A stretch of DNA of 63,730 bases, the filler included, from Octopus bimaculoides (lineage: Eukaryota): assembly GCF_001194135.2 (NCBI RefSeq). It is 9 parts of 9 records of this genome, joined end to end, with 100 filler letters (N's around TTAATTAATTAA, not from the genome) between each part and the next. Parts side by side here need not be neighbours in the genome. Positions count along the whole stretch, not along the records: positions 18,786 to 28,246 come from NC_068997.1; positions 28,347 to 35,499 come from NC_069000.1; positions 35,600 to 51,603 come from NC_068981.1; 6 more parts are not named here. The stretch is one strand, 5' to 3'. The translations under genes and the position numbers were made by a program. The notes beneath the pieces were generated by a model. That model ran no database searches, was not told where the DNA came from, and saw only the letters and a list, made by a program, of their open reading frames with translations. Of this stretch, positions 26,347 to 39,713 are shown in pieces (the stretch's first letter is position 1; each line of letters begins with the position of its first letter).

Positions 26347-27314
26347 AACAAGCTAATATATCTTTTCATATGTATGTATATATATATATATATNNNNNNN
26401 NNNNNNNNNNNNNNNNNNNNNNNNNNNNNNNNNNNNNNNNNNNNNNNNNNNNNNNNNNNNNNNNNNNNNNNNNNNNNNNNNNNNNNNNNNNNNNNNNNNN
26501 NNNNNNNNNNNNNNNNNNNNNNNNNNNNNNNNNNNNNNNNNNNNNNNNNNNNNNNNNNNNNNNNNNNNNNNNNNNNNNNNNNNNNNNNNNNNNNNNNNNN
26601 NNNNNNNNNNNNNNNNNNNNNNNNNNNNNNNNNNNNNNNNNNNNNNNNNNNNNNNNNNNNNNNNNNNNNNNNNNNNNNNNNNNNNNNNNNNNNNNNNNNN
26701 NNNNNNNNNNNNNNNNNNNNNNNNNNNNNNNNNNNNNNNNNNNNNNNNNNNNNNNNNNNNNNNNNNNNNNNNNNNNNNNNNNNNNNNNNNNNNNNNNNNN
26801 NNNNNNNNNNNNNNNNNNNNNNNNNNNNNNNNNNNNNNNNNNNNNNNNNNNNNNNNNNNNNNNNNNNNNNNNNNNNNNNNNNNNNNNNNNNNNNNNNNNN
26901 NNNNNNNNNNNNNNNNNNNNNNNNNNNNNNNNNNNNNNNNNNNNNNNNNNNNNNNNNNNNNNNNNNNNNNNNNNNNNNNNNNNNNNNNNNNNNNNNNNNN
27001 NNNNNNNNNNNNNNNNNNNNNNNNNNNNNNNNNNNNNNNNNNNNNNNNNNNNNNNNNNNNNNNNNNNNNNNNNNNNNNNNNNNNNNNNNNNNNNNNNNNN
27101 NNNNNNNNNNNNNNNNNNNNNNNNNNNNNNNNNNNNNNNNNNNNNNNNNNNNNNNNNNNNNNNNNNNNNNNNNNNNNNNNNNNNNNNNNNNNNNNNNNNN
27201 NNNNNNNNNNNNNNNNNNNNNNNNNNNNNNNNNNNNNNNNNNNNNNNNNNNNNNNNNNNNNNNNNNNNNNNNNNNNNNNNNNNNNNNNNNNNNNNNNNNN
27301 NNNNNNNNNNNNNN

Positions 27315-27345
<31 letters not shown>

Positions 27346-27991
27346 TATGTATATACACATATACATGTACAGAAATATCTATATACGTGTGTGTAATTCT
27401 TATTGACTTATATATATCAAGAGAGAGTGAGAGAGAGCGGGGGGAGAGAGACAGAAAGAGGGGGGAGGTATACACAGAGGCAATAAATGGGAAACTAGAC
27501 AGAGAGATGAATATGAACGTATTTCGTATATACATATTGTAGCTACGTAACAAATAAACACACACACACACGCACATGCAGGCACACACATATATGTATG
27601 CATGCAATATATGTCTATTTGTTTCTAAACCTTTCCTACTCTCCCCTACTCTTTCTCTCTCTCTCTCTTGCTCTGTAGCTCCCTCCATCTCTCTCTCTCT
27701 CTCTCTCTCCCTCTCTCTCTCTGTTCTCTAATTCTGTCTCTGTTCAATTTGTCTCTCTGCCAATGCACTTAAAGAATCTCTAAAACCATTATAGCCACTA
27801 AAAGCTATTCCCTTAAGTACAGAAGAAATAGATAGCCAATAATTTCCTTCTGGATAATTTTAGACCTATTGGCACCAAAGTTTGGCACATTTGACCCTCT
27901 TCCGCCATCACATCCCTTTTCTTGGATACTACGTTACTTGAGTACCATCTTTACCAATGAAGATCATGCTTTCTGTTTCATTGTTATTCTA

Positions 27992-28063
27992 CAGTGGGAC
28001 TGAACCCGGAACCATGTGGTTGGTAAGCAAGCTACTTACCACACAGCCACTCCTGCGCCTATA
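27992..28063 (-). mobile_element. SINE family A tRNA-like head only
   Basis: cagtgggactgaacccggaaccatgtggttggtaagcaagctacttaccacacagccactcctgcgcctata. Confidence 0.9.
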
Positions 28064-28346
28064 ATATTTAACCATAAAAATATAACGGGGGCTATTTTTC
28101 TTTAAACATCGAATTAGAGAATTAGAGTCCAGCATAGTGAAACAGGGATCAAATGGGTCCATGAGCAAAAAATGGTTGAGAACCACTTATTTAGCCAATA
28201 CCATCAGCTTCAGTGCTTGAGTAGTTCTGTATTTAATCGACACTGTNNNNNNNNNNNNNNNNNNNNNNNNNNNNNNNNNNNNNNNNNNNNTTAATTAATT
28301 AANNNNNNNNNNNNNNNNNNNNNNNNNNNNNNNNNNNNNNNNNNNN

Positions 28347-28413
<67 letters not shown>

Positions 28414-29612
28414 AGAAAGACGAGAGGGAGGGCTAGAAAGAGAAAAGGGTGATGTAAAAAAAGCGAAGAGATTTGTTCTGCGAGTTAATAATAGATTGTT
28501 GTTAAGTCAGTGTTTTCTGTATTTCGGTAAAACTAACAGCAACCTGTCCATATAAGACCTGCTGGATGGTGCCTGACAGAGAACAGGGTTAACACACAAC
28601 ATACACACGCACACACACACACACACATACCTGCTTAGCTGCCAGCCTTCCATAGCGCAGTGGGTAGAGTGCATAACACTTTTATGCATAGATGGAAAGT
28701 ATATATATATATATATATATNNNNNNNNNNNNNNNNNNNNNNNNNNNNNNNNNNNNNNNNNNNNNNNNNNNNNNNNNNNNNNNNNNNNNNNNNNNNNNNN
28801 NNNNNNNNNNNNNNNNNNNNNNNNNNNNNNNNNNNNNNNNNNNNNNNNNNNNNNNNNNNNNNNNNNNNNNNNNNNNNNNNNNNNNNNNNNNNNNNNNNNN
28901 NNNNNNNNNNNNNNNNNNNNNNNNNNNNNNNNNNNNNNNNNNNNNNNNNNNNNNNNNNNNNNNNNNNNNNNNNNNNNNNNNNNNNNNNNNNNNNNNNNNN
29001 NNNNNNNNNNNNNNNNNNNNNNNNNNNNNNNNNNNNNNNNNNNNNNNNNNNNNNNNNNNNNNNNNNNNNNNNNNNNNNNNNNNNNNNNNNNNNNNNNNNN
29101 NNNNNNNNNNNNNNNNNNNNNNNNNNNNNNNNNNNNNNNNNNNNNNNNNNNNNNNNNNNNNNNNNNNNNNNNNNNNNNNNNNNNNNNNNNNNNNNNNNNN
29201 NNNNNNNNNNNNNNNNNNNNNNNNNNNNNNNNNNNNNNNNNNNNNNNNNNNNNNNNNNNNNNNNNNNNNNNNNNNNNNNNNNNNNNNNNNNNNNNNNNNN
29301 NNNNNNNNNNNNNNNNNNNNNNNNNNNNNNNNNNNNNNNNNNNNNNNNNNNNNNNNNNNNNNNNNNNNNNNNNNNNNNNNNNNNNNNNNNNGAAAGGGAA
29401 TGAAAAATAAAAACATTTACCAATCTATTTTCCGTACCATGGTTTCAAGCTATTTTAGTAAAATAAAAATATATTTTGCCAGGTCAGCTATCTTCAGCGG
29501 AATACCTAGATAGAACATATAAACACGAGTCACTACATAGGGAACATGACTTATGCTTATATGCTTAATTTTTCAAAATTGATTTATTAATAATGATTTA
29601 TTAATAATGATA

Positions 29613-29675
<63 letters not shown>

Positions 29676-32019
29676 GGGAGAGCGAGTCTAATCCTGGTAT
29701 TACATTTAATGGTGCCTCTCGTTCGTTTAAAGACTATCTCCTGGTTGTCAGGTTCCTTTAGCAGTTTTTAGACTTGTTTCGAATTATTCCGACCAAATGT
29801 CCGGTCTGTGCATAACAGATGTTATGATGTGGAGATTTTCATGCGTGTGCAAAAAACGTTATTAGCAAATGACGTAAGGAAAAAGTATTAGTTTCAACTG
29901 AGAATCGAAACTGCAACGCTACGTTGGCACATCAGGCAGATCAAGCATTCAATTTTTATGCTTCGACTTTCACTACAATACCAGTTATATACTGTGGTTA
30001 TTTGAACATATTTATCAAACCCGTTGCCTTTTTGATATAGGAAAATACGATTTTAAAAACAAAGCCTTTGTTTCCTCCTCCTCCTCCTCCTCACTTTCTT
30101 CTTCCTCCTCCTCCTCCTCCTCCTCCTCCTCTTTATTCTCCTCCTCTCTGTGCTCAATCACTGTGTTCTCGGTTGTCTAGGTTTCCTTTTAAATCGATGC
30201 AGCTACTTTTTCTATCATTCCTTTAGGAAAGGAATACAGACCACACTCTTCATAGCAACAACACAAAGACTTCCTATCTACATCAACAACTTCTGTATTT
30301 CCATCTGCTCTCTCTCGCTCTCTCTCTTTCTCTCTTTGTAATTTCCAAGAAACGACCCGGTTTCGAGGTTTTAAGGAGTCAAATTTAATTCTCTAAACCG
30401 TAAACGCTCTAAGCTTTCGTTTCATCTCTAAACAAACAATTCTAAGAAATTAATCCTTATTGGGCAAATCCTAATCTCATTTTATTCCGTTGATCTACCC
30501 ATCAACCCCAAATCTCATAAAGGACAACGTTCTTGTTATCTCAAAGTACATCAAAGTACGTGGACGTAAGCAGAAATATTGTACACGGAGACGCCACAAC
30601 TGATACGAAGCAAAAACCATGCGTGCAGTCGATTCAATTAACGTTTAGTCATTAAGTAAACGGATTGTAGCCATACTGTAGCACCACCTTCAATTGTAAT
30701 GGTGCCTTGTGTTTACTGTTTTATGGATGAAAGACACTAGAGCTGCTGCCCCCAATTGCATTTCCTGTTACAATAGAGGTTCAGCTAATACCGTACACAG
30801 TTGAAGGTTCAATTGCTGCTCGACCCTAAACTTATCACAATTACAGATACATAATCTTCCCTAAGTATTTGTTATCTAAATCTCAGCCCTTTTTTTAAAA
30901 AAAAAAGCTTTTATGATAAAATATTTATTCATGCTTCATACGTTTTGGCAGATTCGAACGCGAATATGCAGAACACTGTTCCATACCCGCTCTATCAATT
31001 CTTATGGTACAATAACTTACTTGAGAAGTTTTAGTAATTACATGGTTATTGTCAGAATTTGGGCCCAAACGTCAATTGTTTAAAGTTTGTTTCTTTTGTT
31101 ATATTGGGCCAACATTATATGAACTTCTGCCCCATCATCGATGCCTCAGAAGTTAATGCCGTCAAACAGACAGACATAGACAGGCAGGCATGGTGTTATG
31201 TTTGCACATAACTAGATTCAATATTTTAAAACTCAGAAATTATACTCAAACGTCAGATTCAAAACTGTCAACACTTCACGTTTTATAACTACGAAATCTC
31301 CTTCTAGCTCACATTCCACAGTCTTAAAAATGGAAGGTACTCTAGATAATGTTGCCTAGAATAAAGAAAGGATGGTCAAGGTCGGAACGTATTTCATTAC
31401 AACCCCATTAATTGAGGGCCACCGTGGGTATAAACACCAACGTAACATTCCTTATCTGTTTTGAAACACTCAAATGGCAAATGCAGTCGGCCCACACTGA
31501 ACCTCGATTCAGGCTTTTAAACATCTCCACCACCCAGAAATTAAACCTGAAATCCCTCAACCTATAAACCCATCCCAATGATATTCTACCCGTTACTCAA
31601 ATCACCATTCATATCGCCAACTACTTTCATATCGATTCAGCTTTGATTTCAGTTTGATTCTTCGAGTTTTTCTGTTGCGATTGATGTGTATTTCTCTGTG
31701 TGTATGGACTTGTGTGTATGTAGGGGGGGTGAGAGAGAGAGAGAGAGATAGTATCTATTTGTGTGTATGTGTGTTGTTGTATTCATCTTCTCCGTCTTGT
31801 TGTTTGAAGTCATATACCTACACAATATATATGTGTGTGTGTGTGTGTATATAATGTGTGAGTGTGTGTGTGCGTGTGTGTGTGTGCGTGTGTGTACATA
31901 TATATGTGTGTGTGTGCGTGTGTGTACATATATATATGTGTGTGTGTGTGTATATGATTGACCGTTGACTGAACACTATTCAATTTTTTTTCTCCGTGTT
32001 TTTCTCCTTGTCTCCGTAT

Positions 32020-32056
32020 TCTTTCTGTTGAAGAGCGTAGCTCGAAACGTCAAAGA
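32020..32056 (+). ncRNA. Minimal type I hammerhead motif with CUGUUGA core in a PLE-terminus-like remnant (about 31960-32150)
   Basis: tcttt-CTGTTGA-A-GAGC-gta-GCTC-GAA-ACGT-C-aaaga. Perfect 5-bp stem I, 4-bp stem II, ACGT palindrome and GUC site; A6U core change. Confidence 0.65.
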
Positions 32057-32146
32057 CTTTCCGTATTCCCGAGCGTCATACTAATATATACTTTTGTTAT
32101 TTACACCACCTGTCCTCGTCTGTTGTTATTATTTGTATATTCTCCC

Positions 32147-32186
<40 letters not shown>

Positions 32187-32601
32187 GTATGTATGGCAGG
32201 TTGGACATTAAGAAAACTTTATTATCGATATTTATAATATATTTCAGCGAAAACATAAAAAGAAACTAGTTAACAATCCCAGTTGTGAAGTAGATTGTTT
32301 GACAGGACGGTAGCTTGATATCAAGACAACGTTAGTTTTCATTGTAACTGTAGCCACAGCTGGTGGTAGATAGAAACAGATGTGGTAGATATTGTTAATG
32401 ATATACGTTAGTCTAAGTATACATTCATAATTACACACACTCACACACTCACACATACACGCATTATATATATANNNNNNNNNNNNNNNNNNNNNNNNNN
32501 NNNNNNNNNNNNNNNNNNNNNNNNNNNNNNNNNNNNNNNNNNNNNNNNNNNNNNNNNNNNNNNNNNNNNNNNNNNNNNNNNNNNNNNNNNNNNNNNNNNN
32601 N

Positions 32602-32634
<33 letters not shown>

Positions 32635-33006
32635 TATAGGCCCTGGCAGACTCTCTTGTTATTTTGCGTTGGAGACACATAGAATTGATTTGCTTCTGGT
32701 TAATCTGAAAATGGCAAAATGAAAAAACACCCAGAAAAATTTGCAACACATCGATCTCTGCCTGTGGTTTGTCAAATGTGACTGTCGGAATACCAGCAGA
32801 GCGAAATGTCGCCTTTCTGTAAGTAAATTAATCTCCCACTGCTGCGGCTTGTATTGTTTAGTCGTTCATATTTTGTATATTCGACACAGTGCAATGCATA
32901 GAAATAAATAATTTATAAATAACATAATGTCATAATGTGATAGAAGTAATGTAACTCTGAACAGACAAAAGAAGAAATAAAACATTTGGCTATTAATCAC
33001 TTATTC

Positions 33007-33069
33007 AGCAGATTGGCGCAGTGGAAGCGTGGTGGGGCCGATAGCTAAGAGGAGGTCCGTAGATCAAAC
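33007..33069 (+). pseudogene. Initiator tRNA-Met-derived pseudogene
   Basis: agcagattggcgcagtggaagcgtggtggggccgatagctaagaggaggtccgtagatcaaac closely follows the eukaryotic tRNAiMet pattern (AGCAGAGTGGCGCAGCGGAAGCGTGCTGGGCCCATAACCCAGAGGTC..TGGATCGAAAC). The anticodon arm is damaged and the 3' acceptor strand is lost. Confidence 0.7.
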
Positions 33070-34689
33070 TTCTTCACGTGTCTGTCGTAGTCGGTAACAT
33101 ATTCAAAGTTTCTAATACAAACATTTATTAAATCGCCGGCGATATATCGTTCTCTGTTTGTCCTTACCAAAGACGACCACTTACCGTTTGTTCTCCAGTT
33201 TGTGATATCACTAACTCGTTCGACTGGAAACAAAGAATATGTCACTTGACTGTGCTGGGGATTGATCTCATGCCCACTCGCTCTTCTGCTTCATTTGATC
33301 AATGTTTATATCCACTGTCCCGTTGTCATGTGGTACAAATACTTAATAATAATTCGGATTAACGCTCCACTTGTAATAACCAAGATGGGAGCGCTATTCT
33401 GAACGAATTAGTGTAGAAGTATTGATACACACACACATAAATGTATACACACACACATAAATGTATATATAGATNNNNNNNNNNNNNNNNNNNNNNNNNN
33501 NNNNNNNNNNNNNNNNNNNNNNNNNNNNNNNNNNNNNNNNNNNNNNNNNNNNNNNNNNNNNNNNNNNNNNNNNNNNNNNNNNNNNNNNNNNNNNNNNNNN
33601 NNNNNNNNNNNNNNNNNNNNNNNNNNNNNNNNNNNNNNNNNNNNNNNNNNNNNNNNNNNNNNNNNNNNNNNNNNNNNNNNNNNNNNNNNNNNNNNNNNNN
33701 NNNNNNNNNNNNNNNNNNNNNNNNNNNNNNNNNNNNNNNNNNNNNNNNNNNNNNNNNNNNNNNNNNNNNNNNNNNNNNNNNNNNNNNNNNNNNNNNNNNN
33801 NNNNNNNNNNNNNNNNNNNNNNNNNNNNNNNNNNNNNNNNNNNNNNNNNNNNNNNNNNNNNNNNNNNNNNNNNNNNNNNNNNNNNNNNNNNNNNNNNNNN
33901 NNNNNNNNNNNNNNNNNNNNNNNNNNNNNNNNNNNNNNNNNNNNNNNNNNNNNNNNNNNNNNNNNNNNNNNNNNNNNNNNNNNNNNNNNNNNNNNNNNNN
34001 NNNNNNNNNNNNNNNNNNNNNNNNNNNNNNNNNNNNNNNNNNNNNNNNNNNNNNNNNNNNNNNNNNNNNNNNNNNNNNNNNNNNNNNNNNNNNNNNNNNN
34101 NNNNNNNNNNNNNNNNNNNNNNNNNTGTGTGTGTGTGTGCGTGTGTGTACAGAGAGAGAGAGAGAGAGAGAGAGAACAAAGAAAGGGAGAAAGAGGGAGA
34201 CAGAAAGGCATACATATTGACTATTAACTTGTAACTTTGGCAAAAAGCCACAAATTTAGAAAGAATTTTGTATTCCTTTTGGAAAAACCGGAAGGAAAAG
34301 TTTATCACGCTCGGTTTGGAACTGAGAATGTAAAATGGCAAACTGTAAATACCACGTGACACTTAATTATGCATTTTGGGATAATAAGACAACATATGAT
34401 ATAATTTATTACGTGGTTTGATACGAACCTACGAGTAAAGTATGCATAGATTCATATTATGTAGTATCTATGTTTGACAACGGGACTGCAGCCACCAGAG
34501 AAAAAAAAACTGGAGTTTCCATGTCATATTACTAATCGCTTTGTTTGATACGAAAAATATTTTTGATACGAAATTACGAGTGAAATACGTCGAGATTCAA
34601 ATAATGAAATATTTGTATTTGACTTTAACGTACCTAACCAACGGGAAAAGAAGGTGGGGGTGGAGAAGGATGCTTATGGTGCTTATGTT

Positions 34690-35078
34690 GCAAAAATAGT
34701 ATTATCATTAGAACGTCGAAAAATGTCTCGTGATATTGTGCAAGTTGTGTACGTTCTGGGTTCAAATCCTGACGATGTCAACTTTATTTTTCATTCCTCT
34801 GAGATCGATAATATAAAGGACCAATCAAGTACGAGATGAATCGATTTAATCAAGTGATCTACTTTCCTCGCATTTCTGGCCTTACACCTATCTTAGAAAA
34901 TATTCTTTAAGCCGTTCGGTAAGTGATAGATTAGCAGTGGTTAGAGCGTCGTAAACAATACCTAGCTTCATGAATTTCGGTTCTTTACGTTCTGAGTTAC
35001 AATCCCGCTTACTTTGCATCCCACTGGGTTCAAGTTACGGGTCAAATACTGGGGTCGATTAAATCGTCTCATATCCAC
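34690..35078 (+). mobile_element. Two adjacent degenerate SINE family B copies (about 34690-34908 and 34925-35078)
   Basis: tacgttctg.gtt.caa.tcc B-box-like motif in both; ggggtcgatt 3' motif. Confidence 0.65.
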
Positions 35079-35123
35079 CACCACCCACCCCCGCCACCAT
35101 ATTTATGTCTTTCTTCAAATTTA

Positions 35124-35154
<31 letters not shown>

Positions 35155-35365
35155 GTTGTTGTTGAAGTTTAGAAAATATATTTATAACGAAAGTCAAAAT
35201 CCGATATCACTTTTATATTATCTTAGTGAAATGACTTCCTCAGACCCTCTTTACTATTCTACCTCTTACCCCTCCGCCTTCTCCTCCTCCTCCTCCTCCT
35301 CCTTCTTCTTCTTCTTCTTCTTCTCTCTTTGATGCTATCTAATACTCACCTACTTACCAACCCAA

Positions 35366-35499
35366 CCATATCCATACCTACCCACCTACCCACCAACCTA
35401 CCTACCCACCTACCTACCCACCTACCTACCTACCTACCTACCCACCTACCCACCAACCTACCTACCCACCTACCTACCCACCTACCTACCCACCTACCT
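35366..35499. repeat. (CCTA/CCCA)n tetranucleotide repeat
   Basis: Direct reading. Confidence 0.9.
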
Positions 35500-35649
35500 N
35501 NNNNNNNNNNNNNNNNNNNNNNNNNNNNNNNNNNNNNNNNNNNTTAATTAATTAANNNNNNNNNNNNNNNNNNNNNNNNNNNNNNNNNNNNNNNNNNNNT
35601 ATATATAACATGATCATCATCATCATGATCATGATCATCATCAACTTAA

Positions 35650-36900
35650 AAAGTATTGTTGTTTTGAAAATCCTGCTCTCACCTTTAAATAATATAGTAC
35701 ATCATGATTTAACTTGTTATTTTCTAAAACATCAAATTTGGACTTGATATTTGCTCGTTAACTCTACTATTCAAATGTGCAGAATAGTGGTTTCTTTATT
35801 TTGATCTTTATTGGTACTGTTTCTTTATAGTTTTTTTAAATTTCAAACAATCATTTATGGCTGACATAATTGTGTAATATTTTGTTCGGTATTCTTTCTT
35901 TTTTTTTTCTGTTTATGGTCTGAGCGCAAATTTTATAATAGAGGATCCTTGACTTTAATCCATTTGTGTGAGATAACACACTGATGAATATTACTGACTG
36001 TTCTCCACACAGGATGCATGATGTTGTCTAATTTTGATGTATCTATATATCAGCTTCTTTGCGTTACTCATACTCTAATAATTCAGATAACAATTTCTTT
36101 ATTTCAAATTTTACCTTCATGTTATTGTTATTTTTCGCAGAATAATGGCACATCTCAAGATTGCTGTCTTCTGAACATCAACATATAGGTTTCCAATGCG
36201 TTTTGCCGATTTTTCTGCTCTATTTCACTGTTAACGGAGCTCATATGATTAAAGAGGATATCCGTGTTTAAATTCTGTATCTTGTATATTCCTATCTCTC
36301 GATATTGTTTTGCTTCTGTTTTTAAATAATGATAATATTTTAATATTATTTTGTTTGTTATTCTCTTTATGACACGAAATGGATAGCAATATCTTCATAT
36401 CCCGTATATCATAAAGATATCAGTGGTGTCAATACACTACTTTTATGCATTTTCATATGCTTCTAAATTCTATACCCGTACTGATATGATACAAATATGT
36501 TGATGTATACTTGTGCCATATTTTCTGTTAGTTTTCAGGTATGTACATACTTTTTTCGCCTATAAGTAGCCCCTGAACTCCTATTTGATTTACTATGAAT
36601 GATTCAATGCAGGCTCTAGGTAGAAACGGGTTTCTTCCCTCATCTAAAAGACGACCATCGAAACATTTGTGATTTGTGATTAGTGATATTCTTCAATATA
36701 TATATTTTAGTCATAACCAGTATGCAGCTGTAAATTATTACGCTTAAAATTTTGCCATTCTCCTGAGTGTCTTGATGATAGAATTAGCTCTATCGTTTTG
36801 TACGCAATCGTTTTTTTACTGTCGCTTTCTGAATTGAATTTGGAGAAAATTTAATTCCCATGTTGTATTCATTGTAAAGAGCTTTGTATGTTACTACTCA
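35650..36900 (-). mobile_element. Possible highly decayed R4/Dong-like LINE
   Basis: Minus-strand CILCGE.. knuckle-like segment near 36000-36025 amid stop-riddled frames; weak similarity only. Confidence 0.3.
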
Positions 36901-37104
36901 CGTTCTGTTTCTTGTTTTTTCGCTTTATAATCTATAGATAGCCGTGTTATTTAATTAGTTTAACCAACGCGTTCAATACCATGCTAGATCACTGACTACA
37001 ATGTACTCATTCCTGCAGGGTCGATAAAAACAAGTTCTAGACACAATATATCCAACGCACAATTCTCGCCTTGTGCCTAAATTGGACACAGTTATAATTA
37101 TTGA

Positions 37105-37322
37105 TGTGACGAACTGACAGGATAGTCAGCACGCCGGACAAAATGCATAGAGGTATTTCGTCCGTGTTTACAATCTGAGTTCAAATTCCACCAAGGTTGA
37201 CTGTACCTCACATCTTTTCGCGGTCGATGAAATAAGTACCAGTCGAGAATTGGGGTCGATGTAGTTCATTATCCTTGAGCTCCGGACTTGCTGGACTTGT
37301 GCCAAAATTTGAATGCAAAATT
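37105..37322 (+). mobile_element. SINE family B, near full length
   Basis: cagcacgccggacaaaatgc..ggtatttcgtc..ctgagttcaaattcc..ggtcgatgaaataagtaccagt..ttgtgccaaaatttgaa. Confidence 0.85.
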
Positions 37323-37339
37323 GTTTTTATCATTTTTAT

Positions 37340-37510
<171 letters not shown>

Positions 37511-37520
37511 TAATTCGGTG

Positions 37521-37670
37521 ATCTACGTTCTGAGTTCAAAATCTGCCGACGTTGACTTTGCCTTTCACACTTTCAGGGTCGAAAAATTTAAGTACCAGTG
37601 AAACACTGGCGTTGATCTAATTGACTCACCCCTAACCCCAAACTGTTCCCTTGTGGAAGAATTTGAAACA
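37521..37670 (+). mobile_element. SINE family B, 5'-truncated, followed by (ATT)n(GTT)n
   Basis: ctacgttctgagttcaaa..gacgttgactttgcctttcac..gggtcgaaaaattaagtaccagt. Confidence 0.85.
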
Positions 37671-37671
37671 C

Positions 37672-37739
<68 letters not shown>

Positions 37740-39210
37740 GTTATTATTATTATTATTATTGTTGTTGTTGTTGTTATTGTTGTTGTTGTTGTTGCTGTTG
37801 TTGTCGTTTCTGTTGTTGCTATTGACAAGTTTATTTTCGCGCTCCAAATTCTCATTATTTTTTATTCATTACCAAATGAACTCTGTTTCATTGGTGTACT
37901 AGAAAACAGACATTTTAGTTTATGTAAAGACGGTTTGCCTCCAATGCTGGTGATAGAGAAAAGAATGTTCGTTTGTACAGACTTCTCTTTGTTTTTATTT
38001 GGTTACAAAATTTATCGATATTTCACGTTCAATCTGTCTACCAAATACGCCCACTGAGTAACCAAATCTAATATAATGCAAAGCAAAAAACCTAACAGAG
38101 ATAGTACAACATCAAATTACGGCATAGAATGAATATTAACGACAAGAAGATGAAAATGAACATTTAATAGAAAAATAAATTATTTAAAATATTTCAATGA
38201 ATATTTGTCACGAAAGCGGCTTCAAAGATAACAACACTCATACACAAATGTCACAGTTACCTTCATAGGAATACGTATAGAAGTGGTATTAAGGAAGCAA
38301 GCTATGTTGCTGTAGTTGCACGTACTTTGGCTTGGTTAGCTCACCAGCCATTAAGGTCCGGATATGGTTAAAGAAAACAATCAAATAAAAATAACATATG
38401 GAACTGGGAAATAAAAGGGTGACGAAAGGTTAAATTTTTAAAATGTTTGGACCTAGGTCTTCAGTTTCGTTTTGCGGGGAGCCAAAAAATGAACTCCCGA
38501 GAGATGAGCAGTCACTAGACATAAAATGAAGTTACAAATGTGCCCGGAAGGCGACAGGCTTGAGGCAGAATAGTGCGCAATTGATGGTTCCGAGACAAAG
38601 GGCCTGCAGCTTAAAATATTAGATATTGTTATAAATGTAGTAGTAGAAAGCAGTGCAATGGCATTTTACAGGTAGAACTTGAAAGACTAAGAAATTGGGA
38701 ACGGAAAGGACACCAAATTCAGCAAGCACCATTTTATAGCACAGAATCAATTACATTCCCCGAAATAGCAGAGACATTTACTTCGTGCCCGAGCATGATT
38801 CTATTGCTTAAATGTAGCAACCGAACGACAACATAACTGCTCGTTCATGGTGTGATCAGAAAGAGACAATGGTGAGAGACGTTACTTTCTAACTGACGAG
38901 AAATTTACAAAGAAAAAAAAAATACAGCGATAGTACGAAGTTAAATATGAACTGCAATAGTAAACATAAAGAGTAGCCCTTCACCAAACAACAATGTTAA
39001 TTCACCGCCGAACTTTGATAGTGACGTTTCTCAGAAAGACAAGAATGACATTTCGTAGAATAATAATGACGGTTGAGATAGAAAGGTCAAAAATAAAATT
39101 TCATCAGTTTTCGAAAGTCGATTGGATAGAATCGGTTATAACTTGATTATTTACTGAAACACACAACACAATTGGAAATTGAAACTTTTACCTTACGACT
39201 CAAATACATT

Positions 39211-39374
39211 CTTTTCTACTCTAGGCACGTTTACTTAATTAATCGACACTGGAAGGATGAAAGACAAAGTTGACTTCGGTGGAATTTGAAGTCAGAACGT
39301 AAAGACGAACAAAATACCGATAAGCATTTATCCGTAAAGACAGACGAAATACCGCTAAGCCTGCTCGCCGCCTT
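39211..39374 (-). mobile_element. SINE family B (internally deleted)
   Basis: ggatgaaagacaaagttgacttcggtggaatttgaagtcagaacgtaaagacg..aaataccgctaagc. Confidence 0.8.
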
Positions 39375-39449
39375 CCAGAATCCAACATATTAACAAAGAG
39401 ACTCACGTCTTCCCCAACACACGGATGCGTGTATTTTTATTATTTTGTT

Positions 39450-39713
39450 AAGCTTTTTACTTAATTTATCGGTCTTTTTTTTTTACCGAGCCGCTAAGAT
39501 ACGAAGACATAAACAGACCACAACATGTTGTCAGACAGTGGGGGGGGGAGAGACATAAAGATAGACACTAATACATATATAGTGTTTCCGTCTACCGGAT
39601 CCACTCACGAGGCTTTGGTCGGCCAGACGTTATAGTGGGAGACAGTTGCCCAATGTGTCATGCAGTGGAACTGAACCCCGGAAGTGTGTGGCTTGGAAGC
39701 TAATACTTACCAC
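39450..39713 (-). mobile_element. SINE family A, degenerate
   Basis: tttccgtctacc.gatccactcacgaggctttggtcggcc..gcagtggaactgaaccc. Confidence 0.8.

Noticed and set aside
32720-32830. Donor-like ttct|GTAAGT at about 32819 as an exon end
   Set aside because: No convincing acceptor or recognisable peptide upstream
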